Below are positions 39,519-51,562 of a DNA stretch of 64,000 nt, in pieces. Position numbers and translations under genes: made by a program. The DNA is from Ginglymostoma cirratum (taxonomy: Eukaryota), in the NCBI GenBank assembly GCA_024137785.1, contig JAHRHZ010000002.1, positions 10,705,263-10,769,262 on the forward strand, in the 5' to 3' direction. Under the pieces are notes generated by a model, which saw nothing but the letters and a program-made list of their open reading frames with translations, made no database searches and was not told the DNA's origin. Each line of letters opens with the position of its first letter. The first letter of the stretch is position 1.

Positions 39519-39918
39519 NNNNNNNNNNNNNNNNNNNNNNNNNNNNNNNNNNNNNNNNNNNNNNNNNNNNNNNNNNNNNNNNNNNNNNNNNNNNNNNNNN
39601 NNNNNNNNNNNNNNNNNNNNNNNNNNNNNNNNNNNNNNNNNNNNNNNNNNNNNNNNNNNNNNNNNNNNNNNNNNNNNNNNNNNNNNNNNNNNNNNNNNNN
39701 NNNNNNNNNNNNNNNNNNNNNNNNNNNNNNNNNNNNNNNNNNNNNNNNNNNNNNNNNNNNNNNNNNNNNNNNNNNNNNNNNNNNNNNNNNNNNNNNNNNN
39801 NNNNNNNNNNNNNNNNNNNNNNNNNNNNNNNNNNNNNNNNNNNNNNNNNNNNNNNNNNNNNNNNNNNNNNNNNNNNNNNNNNNNNNNNNNNNNNNNNNNN
39901 NNNNNNNNNNNNNNNNNN
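39519..39918. other. Assembly gap (400 N)
   Basis: Run of N. Confidence 1.
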
Positions 39919-40329
39919 TTTATTTCTTAGGTACTTCGCAGTTTGCCTCAACTGCTCCAACACACAGCAACATTTTGGCCGTGCTGTTGTTGAATCAGTT
40001 TCTCCTTGTTGCATCTAAAACATCACAAACAGAAATGTTTCATCGAATTCTGCCATCAAATGCTCTCAGAACTTCTTTAAGGCTGCCCCTTGGTCTATTC
40101 TTTCCGCTGATACATTTTGAGAGAAAAAAATGAATTAAAGTCAATCATATGCATTTGCATTGTTCTTCATTTTGTCTGTCGTTTGTAGTGAATAACTTTG
40201 TGCAATTAATATCTTTAAGTGCAGACTCTACAGTTCCATGCACAAAACTGGCATCAATGAATAATGAGACTTAAGTAATAAGAAATGTCTTCTGTAATCC
40301 AATATTTTTCTTGTGTACCTTTGTTTTAG

Positions 40330-40348
40330 GAGCTCGCCGGGCTCAAAG
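40330..40348 (+). CDS. NCR3: Cytoplasmic micro-exon 1 (19 nt; GARRAQ)
   Basis: Acceptor ctttgttttag, donor AAG|GTGAGT, phase 1 in / 2 out. Confidence 0.8.
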
Positions 40349-40731
40349 GTGAGTGAGCATCAGCAGGTACACATTTACTGGTTAAGAAATGCACTCTGTT
40401 AGCATTTGAAGTGATTGAAAGATTTGTAGACAGTTGAGCAGTAAATTTTATTTCATGCAGATTGTCTGCAACCCATTTTATGCAAGGATACAGGAGCCTG
40501 GAATACTCATCAGAGTTGAGACAGAGCTCCACATAAATGCACCTGAGATGCCCCCATTCTACAAAGTTAAAGGTCAAATTTTGTGAAGTTTTAGTCAGCC
40601 AGGAAAATCTCCTTGTCTCACCAGACATGATGGGTTGAACAGCCTTCTCTCTACTTTAAATACATCCATATTTCTGTGGTCAAATGTTATCAGCAAATGT
40701 GGTTGAGTTATTCATTTTCATTTTTTTGTAG

Positions 40732-40769
40732 ACAAGTCCAAGTTAATTCAGAAATCATCGGCGTAGATG
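40732..40769 (+). CDS. NCR3: Cytoplasmic exon 2 (38 nt; RQVQVNSEIIGVD)
   Basis: Acceptor tttttttgtag, donor ATG|GTACGT, phase 2 in / 1 out. Confidence 0.78.
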
Positions 40770-41178
40770 GTACGTAAAGCTGGTTTTGGTTATATTTGAA
40801 AATAATATAAACTTCAATGGGGTTATTAAAACCCTCAGGATTACCATGATACTGAGTTTAAAATGGTTGAAAAATTTCCAGTTTGACACCCGAGTTACGA
40901 TTCAGAAAAAAAATTCCCAAACATTACTGTTCTCTTAACTCATTTAATAGCTTCTTATAAATGTTTCTATTTCCACAAAGTACTTACCTCCCAGTCAATG
41001 GCATCTGATTTAATCAAAGGCAGCACTTTATTTTCACTCTTCCATTGAACAGAAATCACATCTTTAGAGATAATTACAATTTTCTGCCTCTTAACAGCTT
41101 TTTTTTTAGTCATGGATAATAAGCAGGGGGCTGGATGAACACAGCAGGTCAAGCAGCATCATAGGAGCAGGAAAACTT

Positions 41179-41206
41179 GACGTTTCGGGCCCAAACCCTT
41201 CATCAG
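41179..41206 (-). ncRNA. Minimal type I hammerhead ribozyme core
   Basis: Minus strand CTGATGA-A-GGGTTTGGGCCC-GAAA-CGTC: CUGAUGA and GAAA boxes, GGG/CCC stem II, palindromic ACGU stem III, GUC cleavage triplet. Confidence 0.75.
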
Positions 41207-41458
41207 AAATGCGTGGTCGAGCAGTTTCAAGGCCGAAGAGGTGATGAGAGAGTTGCAGTGGGAGAGATATTCCCTGAGGTTTGTCCGGAGGGAGGAGGGT
41301 AACTTCTTCAGGGTAGGCATCCTTAGAAGAGGCTTCGCAGTGGGGTTAAAATTGTATCAGAGATAAAAGGTACTGCAGATGCTGGAGAATCCGAGATAAC
41401 AAGCAGGGGGCTGGATGAACACAGCTGGTCAAGCAGCATCATAGGAGCAGGAAAACTT

Positions 41459-41486
41459 GACGTTTCGGGCCCAAACCCTTCATCAG
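41459..41486 (-). ncRNA. Minimal type I hammerhead ribozyme core (second copy)
   Basis: Identical to 41179-41206. Confidence 0.75.
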
Positions 41487-44400
41487 AAAATTAGTCATGG
41501 TGGGCACTTACGCAAGTTAGAGGAAAGTAAAGTTCTGTGGGAGAAACAAGTATGTAATTACAGGAATGTGGATATGAATATTAGTGAAAAAATATACACT
41601 TTGTCACACTTGTCTTGTACCCATCAGGCCAATTCACTAATGTAAATACTAAAGTAAAGGGAAAACATATTGCATATCACAGTATTGTATGAGAGAAAAT
41701 GCTAATTGGTTGGCAAATTGCCTCTGACTACAGAGGTGTTGAGATGTAGGATGAACTAGTTCTGGATGACTGACAGTTAACTGCCAAAATTTCATTAAAT
41801 ATTCAACTAGACAGCTTGACACTGATTGTTCTGGGCATTGCCCAACTGATAATCCTAAATTGGTTATCAGTGTAATTCTTCATGAATCAGTATTATATAG
41901 CAAATATTTTCCAATCACAGAATCATCGTAGTGTTGGATGCTGCATTGTGAGGTTTGCAAGTGCAGACTAGTTGCATACCTTTCTTCTTTCACTGAGTTG
42001 GAGGGATATTCAGCGTCGTAACATTCTAGAGGGCTACAGAGATAGGGCTGGAGAGTAGGACTAGCTGGGTAGCATTTTTGGGGGCCAGTACAGGCATGAT
42101 AACTTGAATGGCTTCGTTTTATGGTAAGATTCTGTGATTCTATTATTCTAAGTTCTGACATTCATTGGGACAAATGGCTGACTTTACTAGCATCAGGCCA
42201 ACAATGAAATTCACATGCCACATTAATTAGCTGGGTGATAGGCAGAATGCCTTTTCAGCTTGGCAGGAAAAATGAAACAGATGTGCTTGCTATGACTGAA
42301 ATTTATGATGTGGTATATGCCTTTCAATACCTGGGTGATGCTCGACAAGTAAGCCATATGTTCGTTAGACAAAGACCAAATATCATATAAAATGACATAT
42401 CCTTTCAGTTGTTTGCCACAAGCAGGTGCTGACTACATGCAACCAGCCCATGCAGGCAAAACGCAGACCAAACATTAGATGTGATCCTGTGATTAAACAA
42501 CATTTTCCAAATAATCTTTGGGGGTATGTAAAACATAAACTTTCAATAAAATATGATTCTCTTCAGGTATAACTACATGAAATATGACCAAACCATTATT
42601 TGACAATGGATATATACATTAATAAAATTTAAGGACTGTAGTGAGAGAGTGGGGAAAGTGTGGCGAAGTGGGAGTAACAGACTTGTGAAAGGGACAAGAC
42701 AGACTCCATGGGCTGACACACATTCTACTGAGCTGTATCAGCCTATTCTATGGTTCTATTCTAATTGTGACATGAATACCTGAGATACTCAACTGTTGGA
42801 TACATTGGGGTTGAATTTGGATGTGAATGGGGCTACAGGACATGCTGGAAATTGTATTTTACTGACTGTTATACCAGCTGATGATCGTACACTCATATCA
42901 AAGATAAGATTGAACATTAACCAGGAAATTGGGTGAAAAGATAAAGAAAGAACAAAGAACAAAGAAAACTTACAGCCCAGGAACAGGCCCTTCGGCCCTC
43001 CAAGCCTGTGCCGATCTCAATCCACTGTCTAAACCTATCGCCCAATTCCTAAGTATCTGTATCCCTCTGCTCCCCACCTACTCATGCATCTGTCCAGACG
43101 CACCTTAAATGAATCTACTGTGCCTGCCTCTACTATCTCTGCTGGCAACGCATTCCAGGCACCTACCACCCTCTGTGTAAAGTACTTTCTGCGTGTATCC
43201 CCCTTAAACTTTTCTCCTCTCACCTTGAACGCGTGACCCCTTGTTATTGAATCCCTCATAGATAGTTTTACCTCTCAGATGAAATCACTGTATGTTGATT
43301 TTACTAAGGGGTAAGATTGTTTAGGGTATAGAGCCAATGTTCCGAATATTCTTTGTGGTTTTCACAATTGGCAGTTTCAGGTAAAAATGCAGCTGTTTCA
43401 ATGAAATTTATCAAAATGCATAATTTGAGTCACAGTGTCGTACAGCACAGAAACAGACCCTTCGGTCCAAACAGTCCAAGCTGACCATAATCCCAAACTA
43501 AACTAGTCACTAGGCCCATATCCCTCCAAACATTTCCTATTCATGTACTTATTTAAATGTCTTTTAAATTTTGTAACTGTACCCACATCCATCGCTTCCT
43601 CTGGAAGTTCATTCCCCGCACGAACCACTCTCTGTGTAAAACATAAATGCCCTTCATATCTTTTTTAAACATTTCCCCTCTCACCCTAAAAAATGTCCTC
43701 TTGTCTTTAAATCCCACACCCTCGGAAAAGCACACCTGCCAGTCACCTTATCTGTACCTCATGATTTTATGAACCTCTATAAGCTCACTCCTCAACCTCC
43801 AGTGAAAAAAAGTCCCAGAACATCCAGCCTCTCCTTAGAACTCAAACCTTCCATTCCTGGCAACTTCCTGGTAAATCTCTTCTGAATCCTCTCCAGCTTA
43901 ATAATATCCTTTCTGTCATATGCCGACCAGAACTGAACACAGTAATCCAGAAGAGTTCTCACCAGCACCCCGTAAAACCTCAAACGGATATTGGTTCTTT
44001 TAAAAGACAGTCAGTTGAATAAGCAAACACGATAAACTGAAGGCATTTCATACAATTTATGAGCTGCAATGAGTCTTATGCTTTTATTTGAACATAAGGA
44101 AGCAACTGTATCAATGTTGCAAAACTATTACTGGCCCTAGGGACAAAACTGATGAGTTAAATAACAATCAATTTACACGTTACAGTGCCCTACACACAGT
44201 AACTGGAAGTGTTACTATCAACATTGGTTCATGTTGGAATTACTTATGGGAATATTGTTGAACAGTACACTGCAAGGGTACCTTGCTCTTCTTTGAAAGA
44301 TGCCAGGAAATTTTACTGACTGTGAAATGGTTCCTGTTTAATTGAATGAAGAATGTCTGACAATGCGGCGCTCCCTCAGTTCCAGACAGAAATAAAAAGC

Positions 44401-44542
44401 CATTTTTCTGTTCTCCGATGGTGGATTGTCGCTTGAATCCAGGTCTTTCACTATTTAGTGTTGCGAACTAAGCACAACTGGAAGTATTAAACAGTTTTAT
44501 GGACATACTTATGAGGTAGTATCTCATATATATTCATATAGA

Positions 44543-44855
44543 TGGTGGCTAGTGTTTAGCACTGCTGCCTCACTGCGCCAGGGACCTGGTTCCGTTCCAC
44601 CCTTGGGCGACTGTCTGTGTGGAGCTTGTGCGTTCTCCTCGTGTCAGCATGGGTTTCCGCCAGGTGCTCCGGTTTCCTCTCTCAGCCCAAAGATGTGCAG
44701 GCAAGGTGGATTGGCCATACTAAATTGCCTGTAGTGTTCAGGGGTGTGTGGGTAGGTGGGTTATAAGGGGACAGGTCTGGGTGGGATTCTCTGAGGGTTG
44801 GTGTGGAGTTGTTGGGCCAAAGGGCCTGTTTCCACACTGTAGGGATTCTATGACT
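44543..44855 (+). mobile_element. V-SINE (HE1-like)
   Basis: Full head, core and tail. Confidence 0.85.
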
Positions 44856-45123
44856 ATAAGAAACTCTTTCCATAAAAGTGCCTCTAATGCAACATTTCCA
44901 ACAATTCCAGCAGTTACCTTCTGTTATAGAGTCATAGGGTCATAGAGCATGGAAACAGACCCTTTGGTCTAACCAGTCCATGCCGAACATAATCCCAAAC
45001 ATCCAGCCCCATGCTTGTTATCTCTAAACTAGTCTAATCTGCCTGCTCCCAGTCCATATCCCCCCAAAACCTTTCCTATTCATGTATGTTCTATATTTGC
45101 ATTCTCATGCTTTTGTTTTTTAG

Positions 45124-45164
45124 ATATTCTAACATTACCTGTCCTGGATGAAGTGCAGAATCTG
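45124..45164 (+). CDS. NCR3: Cytoplasmic exon 3 (41 nt; DILTLPVLDEVQNL)
   Basis: Acceptor ttttgttttttag, donor CTG|GTAAGT, phase 1 in / 0 out. Confidence 0.82.
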
Positions 45165-46879
45165 GTAAGTAACCTAAAAGGAATACAATCACAACACTTG
45201 AAATCTGCATTTGCAGATTAGGATTGAAACAAAATATACCCAAGTCCCCATATACAAAATCAAATACAAGGTTGTAGAAATACCTAGACTGTTCCTGAAA
45301 ATGATTGCCATTAAAGACCAGAAATAGATTTTGTTAAAAATAACTGGGACGCTGACACTGCTCACTATTATACTCAAGGTCTGCTGCCTCAATTCAAAGT
45401 GTAGTTAATAATTTGCTGTCAGACATCCCACGCTTCCTTATTGGCTCTGATATTGTGGTCTCATCACTGCGAGCAACGCACCGCCTTGAACTTGGGATAA
45501 TTGATGATTAGGTTTCCAGTATAATGATGGCAGATAACAATTAAAGCAAGCACATTGAGAAGTAAATGACCCGAGCATCAAAAAACAGTGACAGACAACT
45601 GTATTGCTTCTGAAAAAGTTCACAAGTATGAAGTCTCATTTCTGAAACAGGTAATGAGTTTGGAAATATCATTGTATGTGTACTGAGAGAGTGTGTATAC
45701 GTTTTAATCCTAACTGTATTTCACAATCTTATTTCACTTTCTGTTCTTGATTTAAATCCAGTTAATACTCTTTGCTTTATCTATTACGGTTTGCATTCTG
45801 GGATTACAAGTGGCAGCATAAATTGCTGGTAGCCAGCAGATAATATTCAGTTCCACTGTTGTCAACAAGATTAAACATCAAGGACAGTGTTTAATCAGAA
45901 GTCAATTCCATACCATCTGCTTTATGCCATTTGTTAGAATATCTTTTATCCCTATGTGAGTCAGCGTGGATTGTTCAATTGGATAGTTCCTGGTCTTGCT
46001 GGATATGTTAGACTACCTGCAGATAGCACTCTTAAATTAATTTAAAACTTCTCTGCAGACTAAAATCTGTAAAACAAAGTTGTATACAACCGTAGCTGAG
46101 ACAATGAATGATCGCCATTGATCAACTGTGAAACTCAGACATTACATTCTGCATCGATAAAGCTGATACCAAATAACTGTAAGGAATATGATCACCTTTC
46201 ACTTCTAATTGTTTCAGAGAAAACATATTATTTCAATGTTTTACCAAAAGGAAGTCGTAACACACGTTCATTGGCAAACAACAGGAAGAGCATGGTTGAG
46301 TCTCATTTGGAGACAGTGCCAAAGTTCTTAGAGTCTCCAATAACAAGCGAGAGATTGTTTAATCTGTGGTGAGGATTACCTTAAAAATCTACATTTCACT
46401 GATCCCTACTAGTTAAATTGTACATTTTAAGATCAATATCCTTGATATTCAGACTCCTTCCAGTCAAATGAAGACATTTACTTCATGCAGGAGAATATTT
46501 GTCTCTATGGACTCAACATGACATGAAATTTCTGCATGTTTATTGACAACAATATCAAAACAGTGAGCTGTTCTGGCATGTTGGTGACATGGGAAGCATG
46601 CCAGTGAGACTCTTTAGGTCCAAGCATGCTGATGATGTCGTAAGCATGGGAGCTCAAGGGATTTTCTTACTCTGTTCTCACAATGTGTTAAACATAGTTG
46701 GGATATTTCGTTTTTACCAGTGATAACTTAAAACACAGTGAAAGGAGTTTCATGTCCAATATTACTGCATTTATTTTAGGGTGGCTACATTTGAAGCATT
46801 CATTGGTGCAACAGCAGTTCTATTCAGTTATGTTTAAACTGCAGTGAAGCACAATGCTAATTGGAGCACACATGCATGC

Positions 46880-47210
46880 AGGTGGCATGGGGACTCAGTG
46901 GTTAGCACTGCTGCTTCACGTCAAGGCAGGGACCGGGTTTTAATTTGGGCAACAATCTGTTTGGCATTTGCGCATTCTGCCTGTGTCTGTGTGGGTTTCC
47001 TTCCAGAGTCCAAAGATGTGCAGGTACGGAGGATTGGCCACGCTAAATTGCCCGTAGTGTCCATGGATGTATTGATTAGGTGAATTAGCCACAGAAAATG
47101 CAGAGTTATAGGGTAGGGGGTTGAGTCTGGGTGGGATGGGATGCTGTTTGGAGGGCCAGTTCAGACTTGATAAGCGGAATGGCCTGCTTCCGCACTGTGG
47201 GGATTCTATG
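46880..47210 (+). mobile_element. V-SINE (HE1-like)
   Basis: Full head, core and tail. Confidence 0.85.
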
Positions 47211-47478
47211 TATAACTTTAACTCCAACAGTAGAGAATTATGATTTTTTTTCTGTGACAGTTAATAGATGTATGGTTATGTCAATGTATAAAAATGTCTT
47301 GGTCTATAAAAATGTCCATTTGATTGGGTAATGTTTTATTTTATGACAGGATCAAGACAAGAGTAGACTGGAATCTGATGCACTGTTCATGGTATGGAAG
47401 TATTCCACTTTGTTCAATTATGTTCCCCTTCATTGAAAACACAGTCATCATTAACGGAGTTTGGTTTGTGTTCCGTAG

Positions 47479-47522
47479 GTTGAAAACAATGAAGACACAT
47501 CGATTTACACACCTATGGAAAG
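47479..47522 (+). CDS. NCR3: Cytoplasmic exon 4 (44 nt; VENNEDTSIYTPME, YxxM motif)
   Basis: Acceptor gtgttccgtag, donor AAG|GTGAAT, phase 0 in / 2 out. Acidic residues precede the Tyr. Confidence 0.82.
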
Positions 47523-48828
47523 GTGAATCCTAATTCTTCCATTGCAATGGTTAGAGATACAGACCGCAGCTATTTGTCTTCCAGTATCGCCTATGGAATG
47601 CATAGTAGTCAGCTGAGGCACGTTATAAAGCTATCTTAGTGTGGTTATGAATGGCATTGAGGTCAACGATGTAGTAATGTATGGGCTTCCCTGCGTTGCC
47701 CCCGACAACTGAACATTAGGTCTACGAGAGAAGTGCAGGATTCCCTGTTACATTTCATGGGTAGTCTATTGGATGCGCTGGAAACTGATAAAAAAAACAC
47801 AACATTGCATCATTCTGTTACAACAAAGTAAGCCTTGGCGATTATCAGAAGACACTTGATTGTGCTTTCCGAATTCAAATGTGGTCAACGATATTAAAAC
47901 ATCAAGTAACCATAAGGAACATGATCATCTTTCACTTTTCATGTTTTCACAGAGAAACCGTAATATTTCAATTTTGCACTAGTGGAAAGTCATAACACAT
48001 GCCCATTGGTGAAAAATAGGAAGTGTATGGATTAATCCTGCTGCAAGGATTCCCAGAACTCTCCAGCAAAAAACAGTATTTTCAGCCTGCTCCCACCATG
48101 TGCAAAAGTAGCTGGTGGACCCGACAGTGGAGCAAGGTCTGCTCAGACACTTATTTCAAAGACGTGGTCCCAAGTGTTACTAAGTGGAGCATGAAATCAT
48201 CACTCCACATCAATTTGGCCTCTTTAGGACACTTGGGCATACATTTTTAGCTTGCAAACCAGGAGGGAGAAGATCAGCAGTTCATTCTGCATTCCATCAG
48301 CTTTTCTTCCCAGTCAATTCAATGCTGTTCTGGAATCGCTCCTCCGGTGATTCCCAGCAAGTTGACTTTCACCCCAACTATTTTACTCCATACAATTTGT
48401 TTCATTTTCTGCCATATCCCTCTCTGTATTTGATTGCTTCTTGTTGGGTTTCAAATGAATTTACAGTCATGTAGTAGTGTTATTGATAGAGCAGGAGCTA
48501 ATTTTAACCGAAGGCGAGATGAGCAGAATACCTGGTGGAATCCCAGTTTTACATTGTAAGCTGCATCACCCCACATTAGGGAGTTAAATCAGGTGCAATG
48601 CGAAATGAATGGAGCAAGTGACCTACCATTTGGGATGTTGAGGGGATGAGTGTAGGTCGAGATTTAAGGAGAAGCAAATTTTACTCAGCTGCTCCATAGG
48701 AGTGTCACAACATGACTCAGCTTGTTGATTAAAAGTATTTATAAAAGAAAAGTTGAAACAAGTGTGATTGATTGCATTCTCTGTCAGAACAAAATAGCAT
48801 TATCTGTTTTTTTTTTGGTTTCTGACAG

Positions 48829-48866
48829 CCTAAAGGCCTTCAACAACTCAACAGCGACTGAGATGG
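48829..48866 (+). CDS. NCR3: Cytoplasmic exon 5 (38 nt; SLKAFNNSTATEM), GC donor (alternative GT donor ends the exon at 48870)
   Basis: Strong acceptor (T-run...ctgacag). Only the phase-2 frame is open, which matches exon 4. Donor TGG|GCAAGT. Confidence 0.7.
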
Positions 48867-48963
48867 GCAAGTAACTCAATTCATTTAAATGTTTGGAAGA
48901 GCTGGTGAGAAATTAGAAGTGCATCTTTGTGGACTAACATAAACCACTTAAACCTTGCTTCTA

Positions 48964-49055
48964 GATAACAAGCATGGGGCTGGATGAACACAGCAGGTCA
49001 AGCAGCATCATAGGAGCAGGAAAACTTGACGTTTCGGGCCTAAACCCTTCATCAG
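48964..49055 (-). mobile_element. 92-bp Penelope-derived mini-element with an intact hammerhead core (49028-49055) and 14-bp TSD
   Basis: TSD AAACCTTGCTTCTA at 48950-48963 and 49056-49069. Minus strand CTGATGAAGGGTTTAGGCCCGAAACGTC. Confidence 0.85.
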
Positions 49056-49107
49056 AAACCTTGCTTCTATCTTTCTTACCATATATTGGGAGATCTTCTG
49101 GAAATAG

Positions 49108-49142
49108 ATACCCTTCATGGCTTTTCAAGTGATAGTGATTGG
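49108..49142 (+). CDS. NCR3: Cytoplasmic exon 6 (35 nt; DTLHGFSSDSDW); alternative in-frame acceptor at 49093
   Basis: Strong donor TGG|GTAAGG. Phase 1 in / 0 out is exactly what links the GC donor to the next exon. Acceptor is modest. Confidence 0.55.
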
Positions 49143-49436
49143 GTAAGGTTTTGCTCTGGTGTCATGACAGTGCATTCATCTGGCACCTTTCAAGCTCAGA
49201 AGCGATTACAGCCAATGAGGGACTTTTGAAGTGTAGTCATTGATGCAGTGTTAAAAACACAGATTTGTATAAGGCAGTGTCCCAGAGGAAGCAATTGATA
49301 ATGATAAAGTCTAATGTCACTTATTCAGGAAAGCACGTCAGTCAAACCACTAGAGTGAACTCTCCTGCGGTTCTTCAAAATTATGTCATGGGATTTTTTG
49401 AATTTGATTTATTATTGTCACGTGTGCTGAGATACA

Positions 49437-49978
49437 ATGGCCTCCTCTACATCGGGGAACTTCCCAGAGGCTTGGAGACTGCTTTGTGGAACACCTACGC
49501 TCTGTTTGCGACAAATGACAACACCTCCCAGTTGCGAACCACTTCAACTCTCCCCTCCCACTGCCTGGATGACATGTCCATCCTTAGCCTCCTCCAGTGT
49601 CACGATGATGCCACCCGAAAAATGGGGGAACAACACCTCATATTCCGCCTTGGAAGACGACAGCTCAATGGTCTCCAAGTGGAATTTAAAAGCTTCAAAA
49701 TCTCCCCAGCCCCCGACCTCATCCCAAGACCAGCCTCCCCTCTGATCCCCACCTCATTGAACTGACCATCTTCTCTCCCACCTATCCACTCCTCCCACCT
49801 CACTGACCAATCCCCACCACTGCCAACCTGCTATCACTGCCATCCCACTGTCTATTTATTTCAGAGCCCCCGTTCCCTCCCCCTTTTCTGAAGAAGGGTC
49901 CCGAACTGAAAGGTCAGCTTTCCTGCTCCTCTGATGTTGCCTGGCCTGCTGTATTCATCCATCTCCACACTGTTATTA
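49437..49978 (+). mobile_element. Penelope-like element 3' end (GIY-YIG endonuclease remnant plus pseudo-LTR)
   Basis: GLLYIGE...PSH..DMSILSLLQCH.DATRKMGEQHLIFRLG. Degenerate hammerhead at 49888-49915. Confidence 0.8.
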
Positions 49979-50480
49979 CAGTGAAAAGTGTTGTCTTATG
50001 TGCTTTATAGGCAGATGGTACTATACAAGGACATCAGGGCAACAGGACAGAGTGCATGTTATGGAGTTGCAGCCACAGAAAAGGTGCAGTGAGAGATCAA
50101 CATTAACATTTAAAAGGCCTATTCAAAAGTCTGATAACAAGGAAGAAGCTGTTCGTCAAATGTTTGTATATTCTACCCAGCGGAAGAGATGGAAGGGAGT
50201 ATAACCAGGGTGGGAGGGGTCTTTGATTATGATGGTTGCTGACCTGAGGCAGTGGGAAGTATAGGTGGAGTCAATGGATGGAAGGTAGGTTTGCATGGTG
50301 GACTGGGCTCTGGTCACATCTCTGCAGTTTCTTGTGGTGTTGGGGAGAGATATATCATGCTATGATATATCCAAATCAGCTGCTTTCTTTGGTGCACCTA
50401 TAAATATTTCTAAGAGTCTTTATGGGCATGCAGAATTTCCTTAGGCTCCTGACGAAGCAGAGTTGTTGTTGTGCTTTTAC
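49979..50480 (-). mobile_element. Rex1-like LINE 3' fragment
   Basis: Similar to 52320-52850 and 16200-16900. Confidence 0.7.
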
Positions 50481-51541
50481 ATCCACTAGAATTTGCAAAA
50501 TTCGGTAGCACTCGGGTAGCATTTCACGAGTCCAGATTTGAGATTAGAGTGAAGCTTGATTCCATAATCTTTTGACTCAGTAGTTCTCCTGGGTGAATGC
50601 AGAAGGCAGCTTGTTTCTGCTATCATTATTTGAATTAGCGACAGAGAGAGAAGAGTAAATTCTCCACAGTGCATGGCCTAAATGTAGTATGTAGAACTGA
50701 TTTGAAGTGCCTTAACACAATCTCTAGTGTTTTTTGGTTCATAACCGGAAATTACTCATAAATTACCTCAAAACCATTTATCCCCTTCGCTGTTCTGAGA
50801 AATAGAAACATTACAATGAATTTGCTTCCTTGAGATTTATATTGGACCCATGCTACATCTAATATTGAACGTAAAAACAAATAGTGGCTTTCATTTGACC
50901 GATGACAAAGGAACAAATTTTCAGAGTAACTACCTGCCTCAATATGCAATGTCAAATGAAAGGTACTACCTGGAAATTGTAACAACATGGTAGATGTAAC
51001 TTGGTAATTATTTTTATTCATCAATGGGATGATGACACTGTTGACTAGGCCAGCATTTATTGCCCATTCATAATTGCCTAAAGGGCAGTTAAGAGTGAAC
51101 CATATTGGCTGTGTGTCTGGAGTCACATGTAGATGAGAGTCGGTAAGGATGACAGTTCCTTTTCCTGAAGGACAAAACTGAACTAGATGGGTATTTCCTG
51201 ACAATTGACAATGGATCCATGGTCATCAATAGACTCTTAATTCCAGATATTTATTGAATTCAAATTCTACCATCTGCCATGGCAGTATTCAAACCCAGGT
51301 CCCCAGAACACTGCCTGGGTCTCTGGATTAACAGTCCACCCATAATACTGCTAGGCCATCCTCTCCCTTTGGTATACGACATAGCGAAGACTAATCGTGT
51401 TTGTTTCACAGTTCTCTACTTGCTATTAAGTCATCGGCATTCATGATGTAAGCCAACTATTGCTTTTTTTAAAAGATGATTGTCAGTTAGAAATTATATA
51501 AATATAGGTGTGTTCATTGGTATTTGTCTCTTTTCCATCAG

Positions 51542-51562
51542 TTTGGCTCAACTACTGGCAAG
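51542..51562 (+). CDS. Possible optional 21-nt cassette exon (FGSTTGK, phase 0/0)
   Basis: Acceptor tttgtctcttttccatcag, donor AAG|GTATTG. Frame-neutral, so the ORF does not require it. Confidence 0.3.

Larger units (their letters stand above)
41115..41490 (-). mobile_element. Penelope-derived element with two hammerhead-bearing direct repeats 280 nt apart (retrozyme-like)
   Basis: ~94-bp repeats at 41115-41209 and 41395-41489 with two mismatches. TSD TTAGTCATG(G) at 41106 and 41491. Confidence 0.85.

Noticed and set aside
39469-40018. Two ~180-aa ORFs
   Set aside because: Artefacts of the N gap.
51412-51447. Candidate 36-nt exon (ttcacag...GAT|GTAAGC)
   Set aside because: Has a stop in the phase-0 frame required at this position.
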